DNA of 64,000 bases from assembly GCA_963720755.1 (NCBI GenBank), contig CAVRGP010000011.1:832001-896000 (forward strand). Reading direction: 5' to 3'. The stretch comes from an uncultured Chloroflexia bacterium (GTDB lineage: Bacteria > Chloroflexota > Limnocylindria > Limnocylindrales > CSP1-4). The notes below the pieces were generated by a model, which saw only the letters and a list, made by a program, of their open reading frames with translations, was not told the DNA's origin and did not search any database. The translations under genes were made by a program, and so were the position numbers. Shown in pieces: positions 1 through 9,643 of this stretch. Numbering within the stretch: the stretch's first letter is position 1; each line of letters starts with the position of its first letter.

Positions 1-84
1 TACAGTGATGGACGTAAAGCGGCGCGCCACCCGCGAGAACGAGTGACGCGCCATACGGAAGTCCTGACTAGGAGGACACCCGCG

Positions 85-1308
85 ATGGCAAAGTCTACAG
101 GCCCGACATCCGCAAAGAAAAACGCCCGCCGGCGTTCCCCGGGGGAGGGGAGCGTGTATCCGTTCCGGGGCGGCCATGCGGGAGCACTCGCCTGGACCGA
201 TCCGGACGGAACCCGACACCGTCGGACCGTGACCGCCCCGACCAGTGCCGGGGTCCGTGACAAGCTCGACGATCTTCGGCGCGAACTCCGGCTCGGCACC
301 CTCACGTCGGCATCACAAGCCCTGACCGTCGGCGACTACCTGACGGAATGGATCGAGCGCCACCGGACATCCGTCCGCCCGTCGACGTGGCGCTCTGCCG
401 AACAGCACGTCCGGGTGTACCTCATTCCGGCGCTCGGCCGTATCCCGCTGGCCCGACTGTCGGCCGACGATGTGGCGACCGCCCTTGCGGCCTTTCAGGC
501 GACCGGGCGGCCCGTCCGTGCGCCGAAACGAACCCGGGGCCGGCAGAATGCCGGCGGGCTGTCTCCGCTGACGGTCCGCCATATCCGGGCGACACTCCGG
601 CAAGCACTCGGGGCCGCCGTCATCGCGGGCAAGGCGCAACGGAACGCCGCCGCCGACTCGAGGCCGCCGTACCTGCCGCACCGACCGATTACCTATCTGT
701 CAACGCGCGACCTGGCGCGACTGCTCGACGCGACCCGGGACGATGAGTTCGGCCCCCTGTACGCCCTGGCCGCAACGACCGGGCTCCGGCTCGGGGAGCT
801 GCTCGGGCTGGAATGGCCGGACGTGGCCGATGGTCGCCTGACCGTCCGCCGGTCACTGGCCCGGGCACAGGGGAACGGCTGGGAACTCGCCCAACCGAAG
901 TCGGCACGATCCCGGCGGACGATCCCGCTACCCGCTCGAGCCCGTCAGGCCGTGGAGACACAACGAACCCGGCAACGGTTCGCACAGAATGCCGCCGGGT
1001 CGGCATGGCAGGACCGCGACGGGCTCGTCTTTACTGATGCCGTGGGGCGACCGTTGGCCCCGGAGCGGGTGTCCCGGGAGTTCGGCAAGGCTCGCGACGC
1101 CGCCGGCGTCCCGCGTATCCGGTTCCATGACCTGCGCCACAGTGCCGCGACCGCCCTACTGTCGGCCGGCGTCCCGTTGGCCGTCATCTCCGAGTGGCTC
1201 GGTCACTCCGGTATCGCGATCACCGCGTCCGCGTATGCCGCAGTCGTGCCGGAACTTCTGACCGATGCCGCCGACGCCATGGACCGCGCCCTAGGGGGCG
1301 ATTCATGA
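85..1308 (+). CDS. Tyrosine recombinase/phage integrase
   Basis: Motifs GLRLGELLGL (R), PKS (K), RFHDLRH, LGHS, AY; N-terminal arm/SAM-like region; SD GGAGG at 71-75 before ATG 85. Confidence 0.95.
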   Translation: MAKSTGPTSAKKNARRRSPGEGSVYPFRGGHAGALAWTDPDGTRHRRTVTAPTSAGVRDKLDDLRRELRLGTLTSASQALTVGDYLTEWIERHRTSVRPSTWRSAEQHVRVYLIPALGRIPLARLSADDVATALAAFQATGRPVRAPKRTRGRQNAGGLSPLTVRHIRATLRQALGAAVIAGKAQRNAAADSRPPYLPHRPITYLSTRDLARLLDATRDDEFGPLYALAATTGLRLGELLGLEWPDVADGRLTVRRSLARAQGNGWELAQPKSARSRRTIPLPARARQAVETQRTRQRFAQNAAGSAWQDRDGLVFTDAVGRPLAPERVSREFGKARDAAGVPRIRFHDLRHSAATALLSAGVPLAVISEWLGHSGIAITASAYAAVVPELLTDAADAMDRALGGDS

Positions 1309-1937
1309 CCGACGACGAGCGACCGGACGACAAGCGGCCACCGACCGAGGAGGAATGGCGGCAATGGGCGGAGGCGAACGGCTGGGAGTATTCCGAGGGC
1401 AAGGGGCCGAAGGGGAACCCGCCCACCGAGGCCGGCCATCGGTCCGGGCTAGTGCGCCAGTGGACGGACCCCGACGGCACCATGCACCGTGAAATCAGCC
1501 TCCGGTACCACGGCGACCATGGGGAGGAGTTGACCGACGACGAGCGGGAACGGCTGGGCGACTTTCTACCGGATGTCTGGGCTGAGTTCGAAAAGACGAA
1601 GCTCGGCGGGAGGCCGTTTTCGCGGCGCTTGGCTGACACCGACAAGGGCCCGGGGAAGCCCGGCCGTCCTGTGAGGCCCGATCCCGAGCATTTCTCTCTG
1701 AACAATCGCGAGCACGCCAAAACACTTGAAAAGGCATGGAGAGATGCCGCGCCGTACCCGGACGAGTTCGGGGTCATGCACCCCCGAACGTGGGAACGGA
1801 TCGCGAGTAAGGCGTACCGGTCGACGACGACGATCCGAGAGGTTTTCGACCGGGACGAGTTCGACCGCGAACACTTCTTCGACCACGGTGAGCTAGTCCG
1901 CCTGCCGAAGCCGGCTGGGGAAGTTTCCGAGGAATAA
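1305..1937 (+). CDS. Hypothetical protein, possible C-terminal HTH (TWERIASKAYRSTTTIREVF)
   Basis: ATGA overlap with the integrase stop; HTH-like segment recognised by eye. Confidence 0.6.
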   Translation: MTDDERPDDKRPPTEEEWRQWAEANGWEYSEGKGPKGNPPTEAGHRSGLVRQWTDPDGTMHREISLRYHGDHGEELTDDERERLGDFLPDVWAEFEKTKLGGRPFSRRLADTDKGPGKPGRPVRPDPEHFSLNNREHAKTLEKAWRDAAPYPDEFGVMHPRTWERIASKAYRSTTTIREVFDRDEFDREHFFDHGELVRLPKPAGEVSEE

Positions 1938-1954
1938 TCCCGAAACAGTTTTAG

Positions 1955-1966
1955 CCTCGGCCGAGG
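1955..1966. promoter_or_regulatory. Perfect 12-bp palindrome CCTCGGCCGAGG, possible operator
   Basis: Intergenic, directly upstream of the RHH-like gene; GC-rich, so it could be chance. Confidence 0.3.
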
Positions 1967-1983
1967 ACGTAGATGCTCGTCTC

Positions 1984-2199
1984 ATGGCATCCACGGACCG
2001 CAAGCCGCAACGCATCTACGTCCCGCTCCCGGCTGACGTGCTCGACGCTGTCCTGGTCGCCGCCTGGCGCGAGGATCGCGAACCGCAAGCCCAGATCGTG
2101 CGATACGTCACGACGGCGCTACGGCACGACGGCTACCTCGCCGAGCCCGACCCCGAAGACGCTCCGCCCTGGCTGGCCGTCGACAAGGCCGGACGATGA
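1984..2199 (+). CDS. Small ribbon-helix-helix-like DNA-binding protein
   Basis: RIYVPLPADVLDAV...E.R.P.AQIVRYV pattern; coupled to the next gene. Confidence 0.6.
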   Translation: MASTDRKPQRIYVPLPADVLDAVLVAAWREDREPQAQIVRYVTTALRHDGYLAEPDPEDAPPWLAVDKAGR

Positions 2200-2444
2200 G
2201 CGACCGACTGGCCGCGGCCGTCGCCGAACTCGTCGAGGCGCTCCGCGAGGACGTGCGGGCCGAGACCGTCGACGCCCCGGACCGGCTGCTATCGGTCGAT
2301 GAGGCCGCGGCGCTGCTCGGCATCGGCCGATCCGTTCTGTATTCCCTCATCGGGTCGGGGCGTATCCGCTCGATTTCGGTCGGACGGCGGAGGCTCATTC
2401 CCTCGAGCGCGGTCCGCGAGTTCGTCGACGAGGCCGGACGTTGA
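2196..2444 (+). CDS. Excisionase-family HTH protein (HTH_17)
   Basis: LLSVDEAAALLGIGRSVLYSLIGSGRIRSISVGRRRLIP. Confidence 0.9.
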   Translation: MSDRLAAAVAELVEALREDVRAETVDAPDRLLSVDEAAALLGIGRSVLYSLIGSGRIRSISVGRRRLIPSSAVREFVDEAGR

Positions 2445-2686
2445 CGCGCCTCTCGCAGACGTGCCCCCACTGCGGGACCACTGAGGCCGCCGGCTTCTAC
2501 TGCACGCGTTGTTTGGCGCGCACTGAGCCCGCATGGCTGCACCCCGACCGCCGACTCGGGCAAGGACGCCACCAGGCACCCCGCAAGCCCGTAGCGCACG
2601 TCCAAATCGCGCAGGAAGCGTTTTGGACGGACCCGGAGTCCGTGACCACGCCCAGCCCACAGACAAGAGGAGTGAAAGCCCCGTGA
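2441..2686 (+). CDS. Small zinc-ribbon protein
   Basis: CPHC...CTRC; overlapping start/stop codons on both sides. Confidence 0.6.
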   Translation: MTRLSQTCPHCGTTEAAGFYCTRCLARTEPAWLHPDRRLGQGRHQAPRKPVAHVQIAQEAFWTDPESVTTPSPQTRGVKAP

Positions 2687-3321
2687 CGACCGCCATTCAC
2701 ACCCGCCGCAGCGCCGCCACCGTCACCCGCAACAAGAACGCGCACCCGCCCCTGGTCGGCGACGCCAAGGCGTTTATCCCAAACCCCAAGGCCGACTATC
2801 ACCTCGCTGTGATGGCGGAGCGCCCTGGATTTGTCCATCATCGCTACGTCGACGAGCTGCTCCGCTACCGCGCCAACCAGGAAGCCGCCCGGGTAGCCCT
2901 CGCGGCGGACCCCAAAGCTCGGGTCCAGGTGCCCATGCCGCAGCAGCTGGTCGACGCGCACCGCGCGGATGTCCGCGTGAAGCTCGAGCGATACGACGAG
3001 TTGTCAGCCCTCGAGCCGGTCGACCGCGAGTCGCTCGAGCTCGAGTTCAACGAGCGCGCCTTGGTCGATCCGTCGGCGGCCCTGGTCTGGGGCCACCAGC
3101 ACTACGTCGGCGCGATCGTCGCGCAGGAGAACTTGCGCCGCGAACGACTGCGCCTGGCGGGAGACCTCGGCCACGCCCTTCCGGGACCGATCCCGCCGAC
3201 TCTGAAGCCGGGCGACCCGCTCCGGCATTTTCAGATCGCCAACCTACCCAACCTTATCGACCTTCTCCGGGAGGCCCTTGCCACCGCACCTAGCCCAGCA
3301 ACGAAAGGGACCAAGCGATGA
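2683..3321 (+). CDS. Hypothetical protein
   Basis: GTG at 2683 overlaps the upstream TGA; SD GAGGAG upstream. Confidence 0.6.
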   Translation: MTTAIHTRRSAATVTRNKNAHPPLVGDAKAFIPNPKADYHLAVMAERPGFVHHRYVDELLRYRANQEAARVALAADPKARVQVPMPQQLVDAHRADVRVKLERYDELSALEPVDRESLELEFNERALVDPSAALVWGHQHYVGAIVAQENLRRERLRLAGDLGHALPGPIPPTLKPGDPLRHFQIANLPNLIDLLREALATAPSPATKGTKR

Positions 3322-3536
3322 CCACAACCCCGAACACGATCCGACAAGACCCAGCCCGAACCGCATTGGAGCGGGAACGAGCGCGAGCCCGCTACGCCCG
3401 ACTGCGAGAGGAACTCGGCCTGCCGCCGCTCACGCGCCGCCGGGTCGATCGGTGGCGCGGTGGGCGCTTCCTGGCCGTCGACTCCAAGCGAACGCTGATC
3501 TTTGATGCCGAGCCTGGCCGCGGCATTCCGGGATGA
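3318..3536 (+). CDS. Hypothetical protein
   Basis: ATGA coupling within the element operon. Confidence 0.5.
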   Translation: MTTTPNTIRQDPARTALERERARARYARLREELGLPPLTRRRVDRWRGGRFLAVDSKRTLIFDAEPGRGIPG

Positions 3537-4629
3537 ACTCGAGCCTCGGATTCAGTCTCTGCCTCCTCCGCCCGATCTGACCTTGGTGAGCGTGATGTCG
3601 GCGGAACCCTATGTCTCGATGGAGCCGTGTCCGAAGAAGTGTGGCCAAGGCTGGCACCTGCCGCCGCACGCTCATCTCAGGCTCACGAATGGCGGCATGA
3701 CAGCGCCGGAACTCGACCACCTGCGAGGGATGAACGCCGCCGACTTGCTCGCGATCGACATCCCGGCGCTGCGCCAGGCGGTCGCAGGACTCCTGCCCGA
3801 GGGACTGGGAGTGATCGGGGCTCCCCCGAAGGCTGGCAAGAGCGTCCTCGCCTATCAACTGGCCGTCGAACTCGTCTTCGGCGGAGAGGTCCTCGGGGTA
3901 AAGGCCGAGCGCCGGGCCGTCCGCTACTACGCACTCGAGGACGGCCAGCGCCGGTCCCAGAGTCGTATCCGGGAGCTTCTGAAGGGACGCGGGGCCGGAC
4001 TGGTCAGTCTCGACCTCCAGTGGACGGCACCGAAGCTCGGCGGGCCACTCGAGGAGGAGGTCGGGATCTGGCTCGACGCCCATCCCCTCGGCGTCGTGAT
4101 CATCGACGTCCTGTCGAAGGTCCGAGCCGCCGGCAAGGCGGGGCTCAATGCCTACGATGAGGACTACGCGGCCATCGTCGGGTTGCACAACGAAGCGCGT
4201 CAGCATCCGGGTTCGACCATCCTCCTCGTCACCCATGACCGGAAGGCAGGCTCGGACGACTGGATGACGCGGATCACCGGGACCAGGGGTGTCACCGGGG
4301 CCGCCGACTTCGTCATCTTCATCTCCCGCAAGCGGACCGAGATGCTCGGCACCATCTTCGTGACCGGACGGGACATCGAGGACAAGGCATTCGACGTCGA
4401 GTTCACCGGGACGAGTTGGCGACCGGCCGACATCGACCTGCTCATCGGCACCAGGTCCCGGACACGCCAGACGATCTTCAACTGGGTCAAGGAGAACGGC
4501 CCAGCCTGGCAGAAGGCGATCGCCGAGGGGACCGGATTGCCGCTGACGACCGTCCACGCGCGGGTCCATGACATGGTCGGGGACGAGGAACTGGTCGGTG
4601 GACCGAGTGGGTATGTCGTCCCGGACTGA
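3502..4629 (+). CDS. AAA_25/RepA-like replicative helicase with C-terminal wHTH (start may be 3595 or 3697)
   Basis: Walker A GAPPKAGKS, YYALED, Walker B VVIIDVL, LLVTHDRK, GAAD; C-terminal KAIAEGTGLPLTTV HTH. Confidence 0.85.
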   Translation: MMPSLAAAFRDELEPRIQSLPPPPDLTLVSVMSAEPYVSMEPCPKKCGQGWHLPPHAHLRLTNGGMTAPELDHLRGMNAADLLAIDIPALRQAVAGLLPEGLGVIGAPPKAGKSVLAYQLAVELVFGGEVLGVKAERRAVRYYALEDGQRRSQSRIRELLKGRGAGLVSLDLQWTAPKLGGPLEEEVGIWLDAHPLGVVIIDVLSKVRAAGKAGLNAYDEDYAAIVGLHNEARQHPGSTILLVTHDRKAGSDDWMTRITGTRGVTGAADFVIFISRKRTEMLGTIFVTGRDIEDKAFDVEFTGTSWRPADIDLLIGTRSRTRQTIFNWVKENGPAWQKAIAEGTGLPLTTVHARVHDMVGDEELVGGPSGYVVPD

Positions 4630-4640
4630 TCTCGGGATGG

Positions 4641-4761
4641 CTGACGGCGCTTACGGGACTGACGGGACTTACGGCCCGAACCAAGACATGGAGGCGTGCT
4701 TGCTCGCCCTATCTGCCGTAAGCGTCGTAAGTGGAAGGCTTACGGCTTACGGGACTTACGG
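4641..4761. repeat. Iteron-like cluster of CTKACGG repeats, putative origin of replication
   Basis: Direct copies at 4641, 4650, 4659, 4668 (9-bp period), inverted copies at 4716 and 4725, direct copies at 4739, 4746, 4755; immediately after the helicase gene. Confidence 0.75.
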
Positions 4762-4930
4762 TGGTGTATGTGGGGTATCTGCGGAAAGTTCACGGTTCTT
4801 TGAGCCTGCTAACCCCCGTTCAGGAGCATTTCCGAATATAGGCCCGGAGGTCTCCGCCACCAGCTTGTAAGTAAAGATCCTGCTGGACGGGGGTTACCGA
4901 CCTTGGAGAACTCCGAACTTTCCGACGCAC

Positions 4931-5887
4931 ATGCCGGGGCTGTCCGTTGACAGGAGGCAGGAACATCGGTGGATGGATTACCGGTGGGTAGGCGACGGCG
5001 TTGCAAGGGATTCCGAGGGTGAGGTGTGGGAGGTCGTCAGCTCGCCCGATGGGTCGTGGGCGATCCTCACGAGGGACGCTGACGACACGTATGAGCATGT
5101 CGGTTGCCGGACGTCCGGTCCTGGCCGGTACCGGCTCGTCGAGGGTTCCGCGACCCGCTGCCAAGGTCAGCTCGATCGACCCAATAACGCCCGTGTCGCC
5201 AACAATGGAACCTTTCTGGTGAGTGACTGGCTGTTCGGGGACGACCGAGCGTGTCGCGTTTGCGTCTTTGACAAGGCGGGCACGCCGCTTATCGACGGTC
5301 GATATGCTGCGAATGTCCTTGCCACGGCCCTATCCGATGACGGTCGGTTCGGGGCGCTGCAGCTCGCAAGCAACCCCGACGCCCCGGACTTCGATGATCT
5401 GGCGATCGTGTGGGATCTCGAGCTTGGGATCACCCTTTGGTCGAAGCAGCTGGAGGGCGGGCCGGCGCGAACAATCGTGCTCGACACGGCTGCCGGTGTT
5501 CTCCGGTCCATGACCAGCCGTGACGGATGGGTGGAGTACGACCTTGCCACGGGCAGCACTGACATCGCGGCATTGAGGGATACCTTCCTCGAACAAGGGA
5601 ACGGGTTCGAGGTCTTGGATCTCGTGATGGACGAGGTGGCGACCGGGTCGGTTCGTGAGGACCGCGCTGCCGGTCTCATCGCGTACTGCGAAGCGGCCGC
5701 GGCCAAGCTTCAGCCTTACCCAAGCCACCAGGCTCGTGCGCTTCGAGTGGCCGGCGAGATTGCCGAGACGCAACATGATCCAGTCACCGCCCTGCGATAT
5801 TGGGACCGCGCCTTGGCTATCGACCCGAAGGTGGGCGTAAGGATGCGAGCCAAGGCATTGAGGGCATCCGTGGTCACACAGGACTGA
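4931..5887 (+). CDS. Hypothetical protein, beta-propeller-like N-terminus and TPR-like C-terminus (start may be 4973)
   Basis: Repeated SPDG/SDDGRF/VWDL beta motifs; ALRYWDRALAIDPKVGV TPR-like helix pair. Confidence 0.65.
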   Translation: MPGLSVDRRQEHRWMDYRWVGDGVARDSEGEVWEVVSSPDGSWAILTRDADDTYEHVGCRTSGPGRYRLVEGSATRCQGQLDRPNNARVANNGTFLVSDWLFGDDRACRVCVFDKAGTPLIDGRYAANVLATALSDDGRFGALQLASNPDAPDFDDLAIVWDLELGITLWSKQLEGGPARTIVLDTAAGVLRSMTSRDGWVEYDLATGSTDIAALRDTFLEQGNGFEVLDLVMDEVATGSVREDRAAGLIAYCEAAAAKLQPYPSHQARALRVAGEIAETQHDPVTALRYWDRALAIDPKVGVRMRAKALRASVVTQD

Positions 5888-5920
5888 ACTTCGGAGCAGG
5901 CAACCGAGCGAGGTCGATAG

Positions 5921-6991
5921 ATGGGAATCCGGTACCGCAAGAGCATCAGGCTTGGCGGAGGTGTCCGACTCAACCTCAGCAAGTCCGGAATGGGGATGTC
6001 CGCCGGTATCCCCGGGTTCAGAGTCGGCACCAACTCGTCGGGGCGGATCACGCGGTATATGGGCATTCCGGGGACCGGGCTGTATAGCCGATCCTCAGTC
6101 GGGTCCTCGCCCAGAGGGTCGAACACGAGGGCTCGACCTGCGTCATCCGGGCGTCGCCCGCAGTCGATACCAGCCAGCGAGGCTACGAACCTGCTGCCCA
6201 AGCCCGGTTGGCTTTCGGGAGCCGGCGAGAAGCGCTACTACGAGGGGGTCCAGGCGTACCTCAAGAGTGACTACGCATCCGCGCTGGCGGCATTCGCCGC
6301 GTGCCTGGTGGCCGAACCGAAAGCGGCCTCTGCCCATCTATTCGCGGCGCTCTGCGTCGGCAAACTCGATGGCCCAGACGTGGAGCAGATCCAGCACCTG
6401 GAGGCTGTGGTGGGTGGCTCCGACCCCATCCCGGATCGGCTTCAGACTAAGTACCTGCCTCCCGGCTTCGTCGAGCTCACGTTGACGGTCAAGATCACCG
6501 ACATGATCTGGGGCCAAGCGCCAGTTGGCTCGGTCGGGGCGACTTTGATGCTGGCTGAGTTGTACCAGGCCGGCGGTCGTCTCGAGGAAGCACTCGGCCT
6601 GATCCAGCAACTGCACGAAGCAGAACCGGCAGATACGACGATCCGGCTTTCCTTGGCCGACCTCTACTTTGCCGACCAGGACTTCGAAGGGGTCCTTGAT
6701 GCGGCGTCGTCCGCCATCAACGACTCTGATACTGGGGTCGCACTTCTCCACCTGCGGGCTGCCGCGCTCGTCCAGCTTGGCCACATGGACGGAGCACTCG
6801 ATGCCTTCCGTCAGGCGTTGGCAAAGACTTCCAATCGCGATCCGGACCTCCTCAAAGTCGTCCGGTACGATCGGGCTCTGGCCTACGAAGCCGCAGGCCA
6901 GCCCCGGAAAGCACGGATCGACCTAGAGAAGATCATGGCGACAGACCCTTCATATCTCGACGTGCGCGAGCGGCTTCAATCACTGCAATGA
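5921..6991 (+). CDS. DUF4236 domain plus TPR repeat protein
   Basis: N-terminal MGIRYRKSIRLGGGVRLNLSKSG...GIPGTGLY signature; several TPR motifs. Confidence 0.85.
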   Translation: MGIRYRKSIRLGGGVRLNLSKSGMGMSAGIPGFRVGTNSSGRITRYMGIPGTGLYSRSSVGSSPRGSNTRARPASSGRRPQSIPASEATNLLPKPGWLSGAGEKRYYEGVQAYLKSDYASALAAFAACLVAEPKAASAHLFAALCVGKLDGPDVEQIQHLEAVVGGSDPIPDRLQTKYLPPGFVELTLTVKITDMIWGQAPVGSVGATLMLAELYQAGGRLEEALGLIQQLHEAEPADTTIRLSLADLYFADQDFEGVLDAASSAINDSDTGVALLHLRAAALVQLGHMDGALDAFRQALAKTSNRDPDLLKVVRYDRALAYEAAGQPRKARIDLEKIMATDPSYLDVRERLQSLQ

Positions 6992-7010
6992 CATCCGTAA
7001 AGGCGGTCAG

Positions 7011-7229
7011 TCACGGCCCCCGTCTCGCCGCCCGCTCCGCCTCGATCCACTCCGACCCAACCGACCAATACTCGCGATCGCGAGCCAGCCCCCGACGCAC
7101 CGCCTCGGCCTCCCAGGCAGCGCACCATCGCTCGGCCGTCTCGACCGGCATCCCGGTCCCGGCCAGCGTGTTCCGGACGGCCGCACGACGGGCCTGGTGG
7201 ATGCGCTCGGGATCGGCTCGGCGTGGCAT
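7011..7229 (-). CDS. Small conserved Trp-rich hypothetical protein (copy 1)
   Basis: Close paralog at 10525-10752 with many synonymous differences. Confidence 0.75.
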   Translation of the reverse strand: MPRRADPERIHQARRAAVRNTLAGTGMPVETAERWCAAWEAEAVRRGLARDREYWSVGSEWIEAERAARRGP

Positions 7230-7250
7230 GGTGGGAGGGCACGGCGAGGC

Positions 7251-7279
7251 CGTGACGGGTTTGGGTGGCGGAGTACGCT
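7251..7279 (+). promoter_or_regulatory. Conserved promoter-like motif (copy 1), with -10 TACGCT 6 nt before GTG 7286
   Basis: CGTGACGGGTTTGGGTGGCGGAGTACGCT; near-identical copy at 10775-10802. Confidence 0.55.
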
Positions 7280-7285
7280 TCGAGT

Positions 7286-7987
7286 GTGACCAAACTCATC
7301 GCTGCAATCCTCGCGTCCGTGTGCCTGGCGGCCTGCGCCACAGGGGGATCGGTCTCAACGTCCGTCCTGCAAACGGTCGCCTCCGCCGACACTGGAGGCC
7401 CCGACGCGACATCGCTCCCCGAGGTCACGTCGCCTCCTCAGCCGGCATTCGATGTCATCCACCTCAAGGGCAAAGGCAAGAAGGTCGCCAAATTCAGCAT
7501 CCCCGAGGACTCGCCTGCCATTGCCGTCATCACCCACAAGGGCACGAGCAACTTCATCGTGCATTCGGTGGATAGCAGCGGCGACATCGTCACCGGTCTG
7601 GTGAACGAGATCGGCAATTACAGCGGAACGGTGCTCTTTGACAGCGGCTACGGGGAACATTCCGTTGCATTTGAGATCGACGCGGATGGAACCTGGACGA
7701 TCAACGTCAAGCCTGTCACGGCCGCGACGGCCTGGAACCCGGCGAAGCCCCTCAAGGGTCAGGGCGACGACGTCTACGTCGTGTCGCCACCGTCGAGCGG
7801 CTTGGTCACCCTGGATCTCACCTACAAGGGCAAATCCAACTTCATCGTCCACGCGTTTTCTCCTGATGGACCGGAGGGACTTGCCAACGAGATCGGCAAC
7901 TTCAAGGGACAGGTCCTCCTGCCAGACGGAACGTTCCTCATCGAGGTGACCGCCAACGGCGGAGTATGGACGATGGTCCCCGGATGA
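7286..7987 (+). CDS. Lipoprotein with two tandem beta-rich repeats
   Basis: MTKLIAAILASVCLAAC lipobox; duplicated KG.SNFIVH...LVNEIGNY.G / LANEIGNFKG. Confidence 0.8.
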   Translation: MTKLIAAILASVCLAACATGGSVSTSVLQTVASADTGGPDATSLPEVTSPPQPAFDVIHLKGKGKKVAKFSIPEDSPAIAVITHKGTSNFIVHSVDSSGDIVTGLVNEIGNYSGTVLFDSGYGEHSVAFEIDADGTWTINVKPVTAATAWNPAKPLKGQGDDVYVVSPPSSGLVTLDLTYKGKSNFIVHAFSPDGPEGLANEIGNFKGQVLLPDGTFLIEVTANGGVWTMVPG

Positions 7988-8040
7988 GCATCGAGAGATA
8001 ACCCGCAGCTAAGCGCCCAACCGCTGGCCTGACCTCGCCT

Positions 8041-8103
8041 CGGCTCCGGTCCCGGACTCGCGATCCCGTGTCGCGCGGCCAGCCTGTCCGGGCCGACCGG
8101 GGC
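8041..8103 (+). repeat. Intergenic hairpin repeat, copy A
   Basis: Stem CCCGGAC/GTCCGGG, core CGATCCCG..TC..GCGGCCA, ends in CGACCGGGGC like copy C. Confidence 0.6.
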
Positions 8104-8107
8104 TACG

Positions 8108-8545
8108 TCACGCTGACAGCCGCTCGCCGATCCGACGCGCGAGTTCCGCGACGAACTCGCGATCGACACGCGGTCCAGCCTCGTCGCTTTCATACCACGG
8201 CACGTCGGCCGAGGTGCCGGGGTGGCGGCAAAAGAGATGCTCGTGGAAATGCGCCGCGCCAGTCCCGATGACGGCCGCGAAGACGAACTCGGGGCCTACC
8301 TCAGCGCGCAGCGCCTGGGCTAGTCGGGTGCGAAGTCGCCCGAGCGCGGCGGCCTCATCCTCGGATAGGTCGGCGACATAGCCGAGATGGCGATCGCTCT
8401 CGATAATGAGATACCCGAGCGGGGCGGTCCCGTCGTCTCCGGGCGGAGCATGCCAGACCCAGAAACCATCGAGACGGGCGATCCGCTCGCCACCCAGTGG
8501 TCCCTCGCCGCGGTGCTTGGCGCAGATCAGGCAATCTGCCGTCAT
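8108..8545 (-). CDS. HIT family protein
   Basis: DCLIC N-terminus, HFHEHL HIT-like motif; SD upstream. Confidence 0.85.
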   Translation of the reverse strand: MTADCLICAKHRGEGPLGGERIARLDGFWVWHAPPGDDGTAPLGYLIIESDRHLGYVADLSEDEAAALGRLRTRLAQALRAEVGPEFVFAAVIGTGAAHFHEHLFCRHPGTSADVPWYESDEAGPRVDREFVAELARRIGERLSA

Positions 8546-8579
8546 CGACTTCGCTCCCTACGGTCCGGGGTTCCATTCT

Positions 8580-8610
8580 CCCGTACTCGCGATCCCGCGT
8601 CATGCGGCCA
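8580..8610 (+). repeat. Hairpin repeat, partial copy B
   Basis: 27/31 identical to 8051-8081 (counted by eye). Confidence 0.55.
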
Positions 8611-8750
8611 TCAACACGGTCGACGCCTGTGTCGCCACCGATGATTTTTGCGGCAACGCGAACGTGTGGCCGTTGACCGCATTTGCAGTGGTTACCGTCG
8701 GGGCCGGCGCGGTGGCGGCGGGGGTGGTCGCCGTTCGCGCTACTCGGTAG
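8610..8750 (+). pseudogene. 3' fragment of a membrane-protein gene
   Basis: INTVDACVATDDFCGNANVWPLTAFAVVTVGAGAVAAGVVAVRATR*; no credible start; begins at the repeat junction. Confidence 0.35.
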
Positions 8751-8870
8751 CCGCCCTGGTGTTATTGGCGCACGCTCGCCAAGGCCAGTATGACCACGCC
8801 CGGAGTGGTGGTCGGATCGCGTCACGTCGATCCGATTGCGTGTCGCACCCTCAACCGTCAGGCTGCATCC

Positions 8871-9308
8871 ATGCGGCAGATCCGGGAGCTGGCGCCGAAC
8901 GAGATCGAACGGGTCGGTGCCGTGCTCGGTCTGGCCCGCCTCGGGCAGGGCGATGGCTACTACCTGATTGCATGGGAGGACGATGAGCCGCTTGGCCACG
9001 CTCACCTGGCCCTCACCGACCCACCCGAACTCCAGGATGTCTCGGTGCGTCCTGAGTATCGGCGGCAAGGCATCGCGACGGCCCTGGCCGGCGCGGCCGA
9101 GCGGGCGGCGGTCGCCCGTGGATCCGCCCGACTCCGACTTTCGGTAAGCGTCGACAACAACGCGGCGCTGGCACTGTATCGCCACCTCGGCTACTGCGAC
9201 GTCGGGGTTCCGCCCAGACGGGTGCACGGCACCATCCGGATCCGCACCGGCACGCTTGAGGTCGACGACACGCTACTCACCTTGGAGAAGTCACTCGTCC
9301 CCACCTAG
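8871..9308 (+). CDS. GNAT N-acetyltransferase
   Basis: VSVRPEYRRQGIA motif A, LSVSVDNNAALALYRHLGY. Confidence 0.9.
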   Translation: MRQIRELAPNEIERVGAVLGLARLGQGDGYYLIAWEDDEPLGHAHLALTDPPELQDVSVRPEYRRQGIATALAGAAERAAVARGSARLRLSVSVDNNAALALYRHLGYCDVGVPPRRVHGTIRIRTGTLEVDDTLLTLEKSLVPT

Positions 9309-9386
9309 TCTCACGCGACCCCGGCCCCGCGTCCGGGCCGACGATCCCGCCGTCGTGCGGCCAGTCGAGCCCGGAGCGACCGGGGC
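9307..9386 (+). repeat. Hairpin repeat, copy C (most complete)
   Basis: CCCCGG..TCCGGGCCGAC..CCGC-loop-GCGG..GTCGAGCCCGGA..CCGGGG nested inverted repeat. Confidence 0.8.
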
Positions 9387-9403
9387 GGTGTAGGCTGACC
9401 CTC

Positions 9404-9637
9404 ATGAACCTCCTGCGCGCGATCGCCAGGCCACTGGTGCTCGCGGCCGTGGTCGGCTGGACGGCGCTGGTCCTGCTCGCGCAGGCGTTCAAAGGGTCGA
9501 GCGTCGGCGGCCCTGCCTGCCGCACGGACCCGAATTGCGGTGAGGTGCTCTGGATCCCCGTGGCAGCATGGCTTGGGGGTTGTCTTGTCATCCTCGTGAT
9601 TGGCTATTGGATCCGGCACCGAGGCAAGGCGGACTAG
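9404..9637 (+). CDS. Small two-TM membrane protein
   Basis: Two hydrophobic helices; TAGGCT -10 located 7 nt before ATG. Confidence 0.6.
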   Translation: MNLLRAIARPLVLAAVVGWTALVLLAQAFKGSSVGGPACRTDPNCGEVLWIPVAAWLGGCLVILVIGYWIRHRGKAD

Positions 9638-9643
9638 CCTGAG

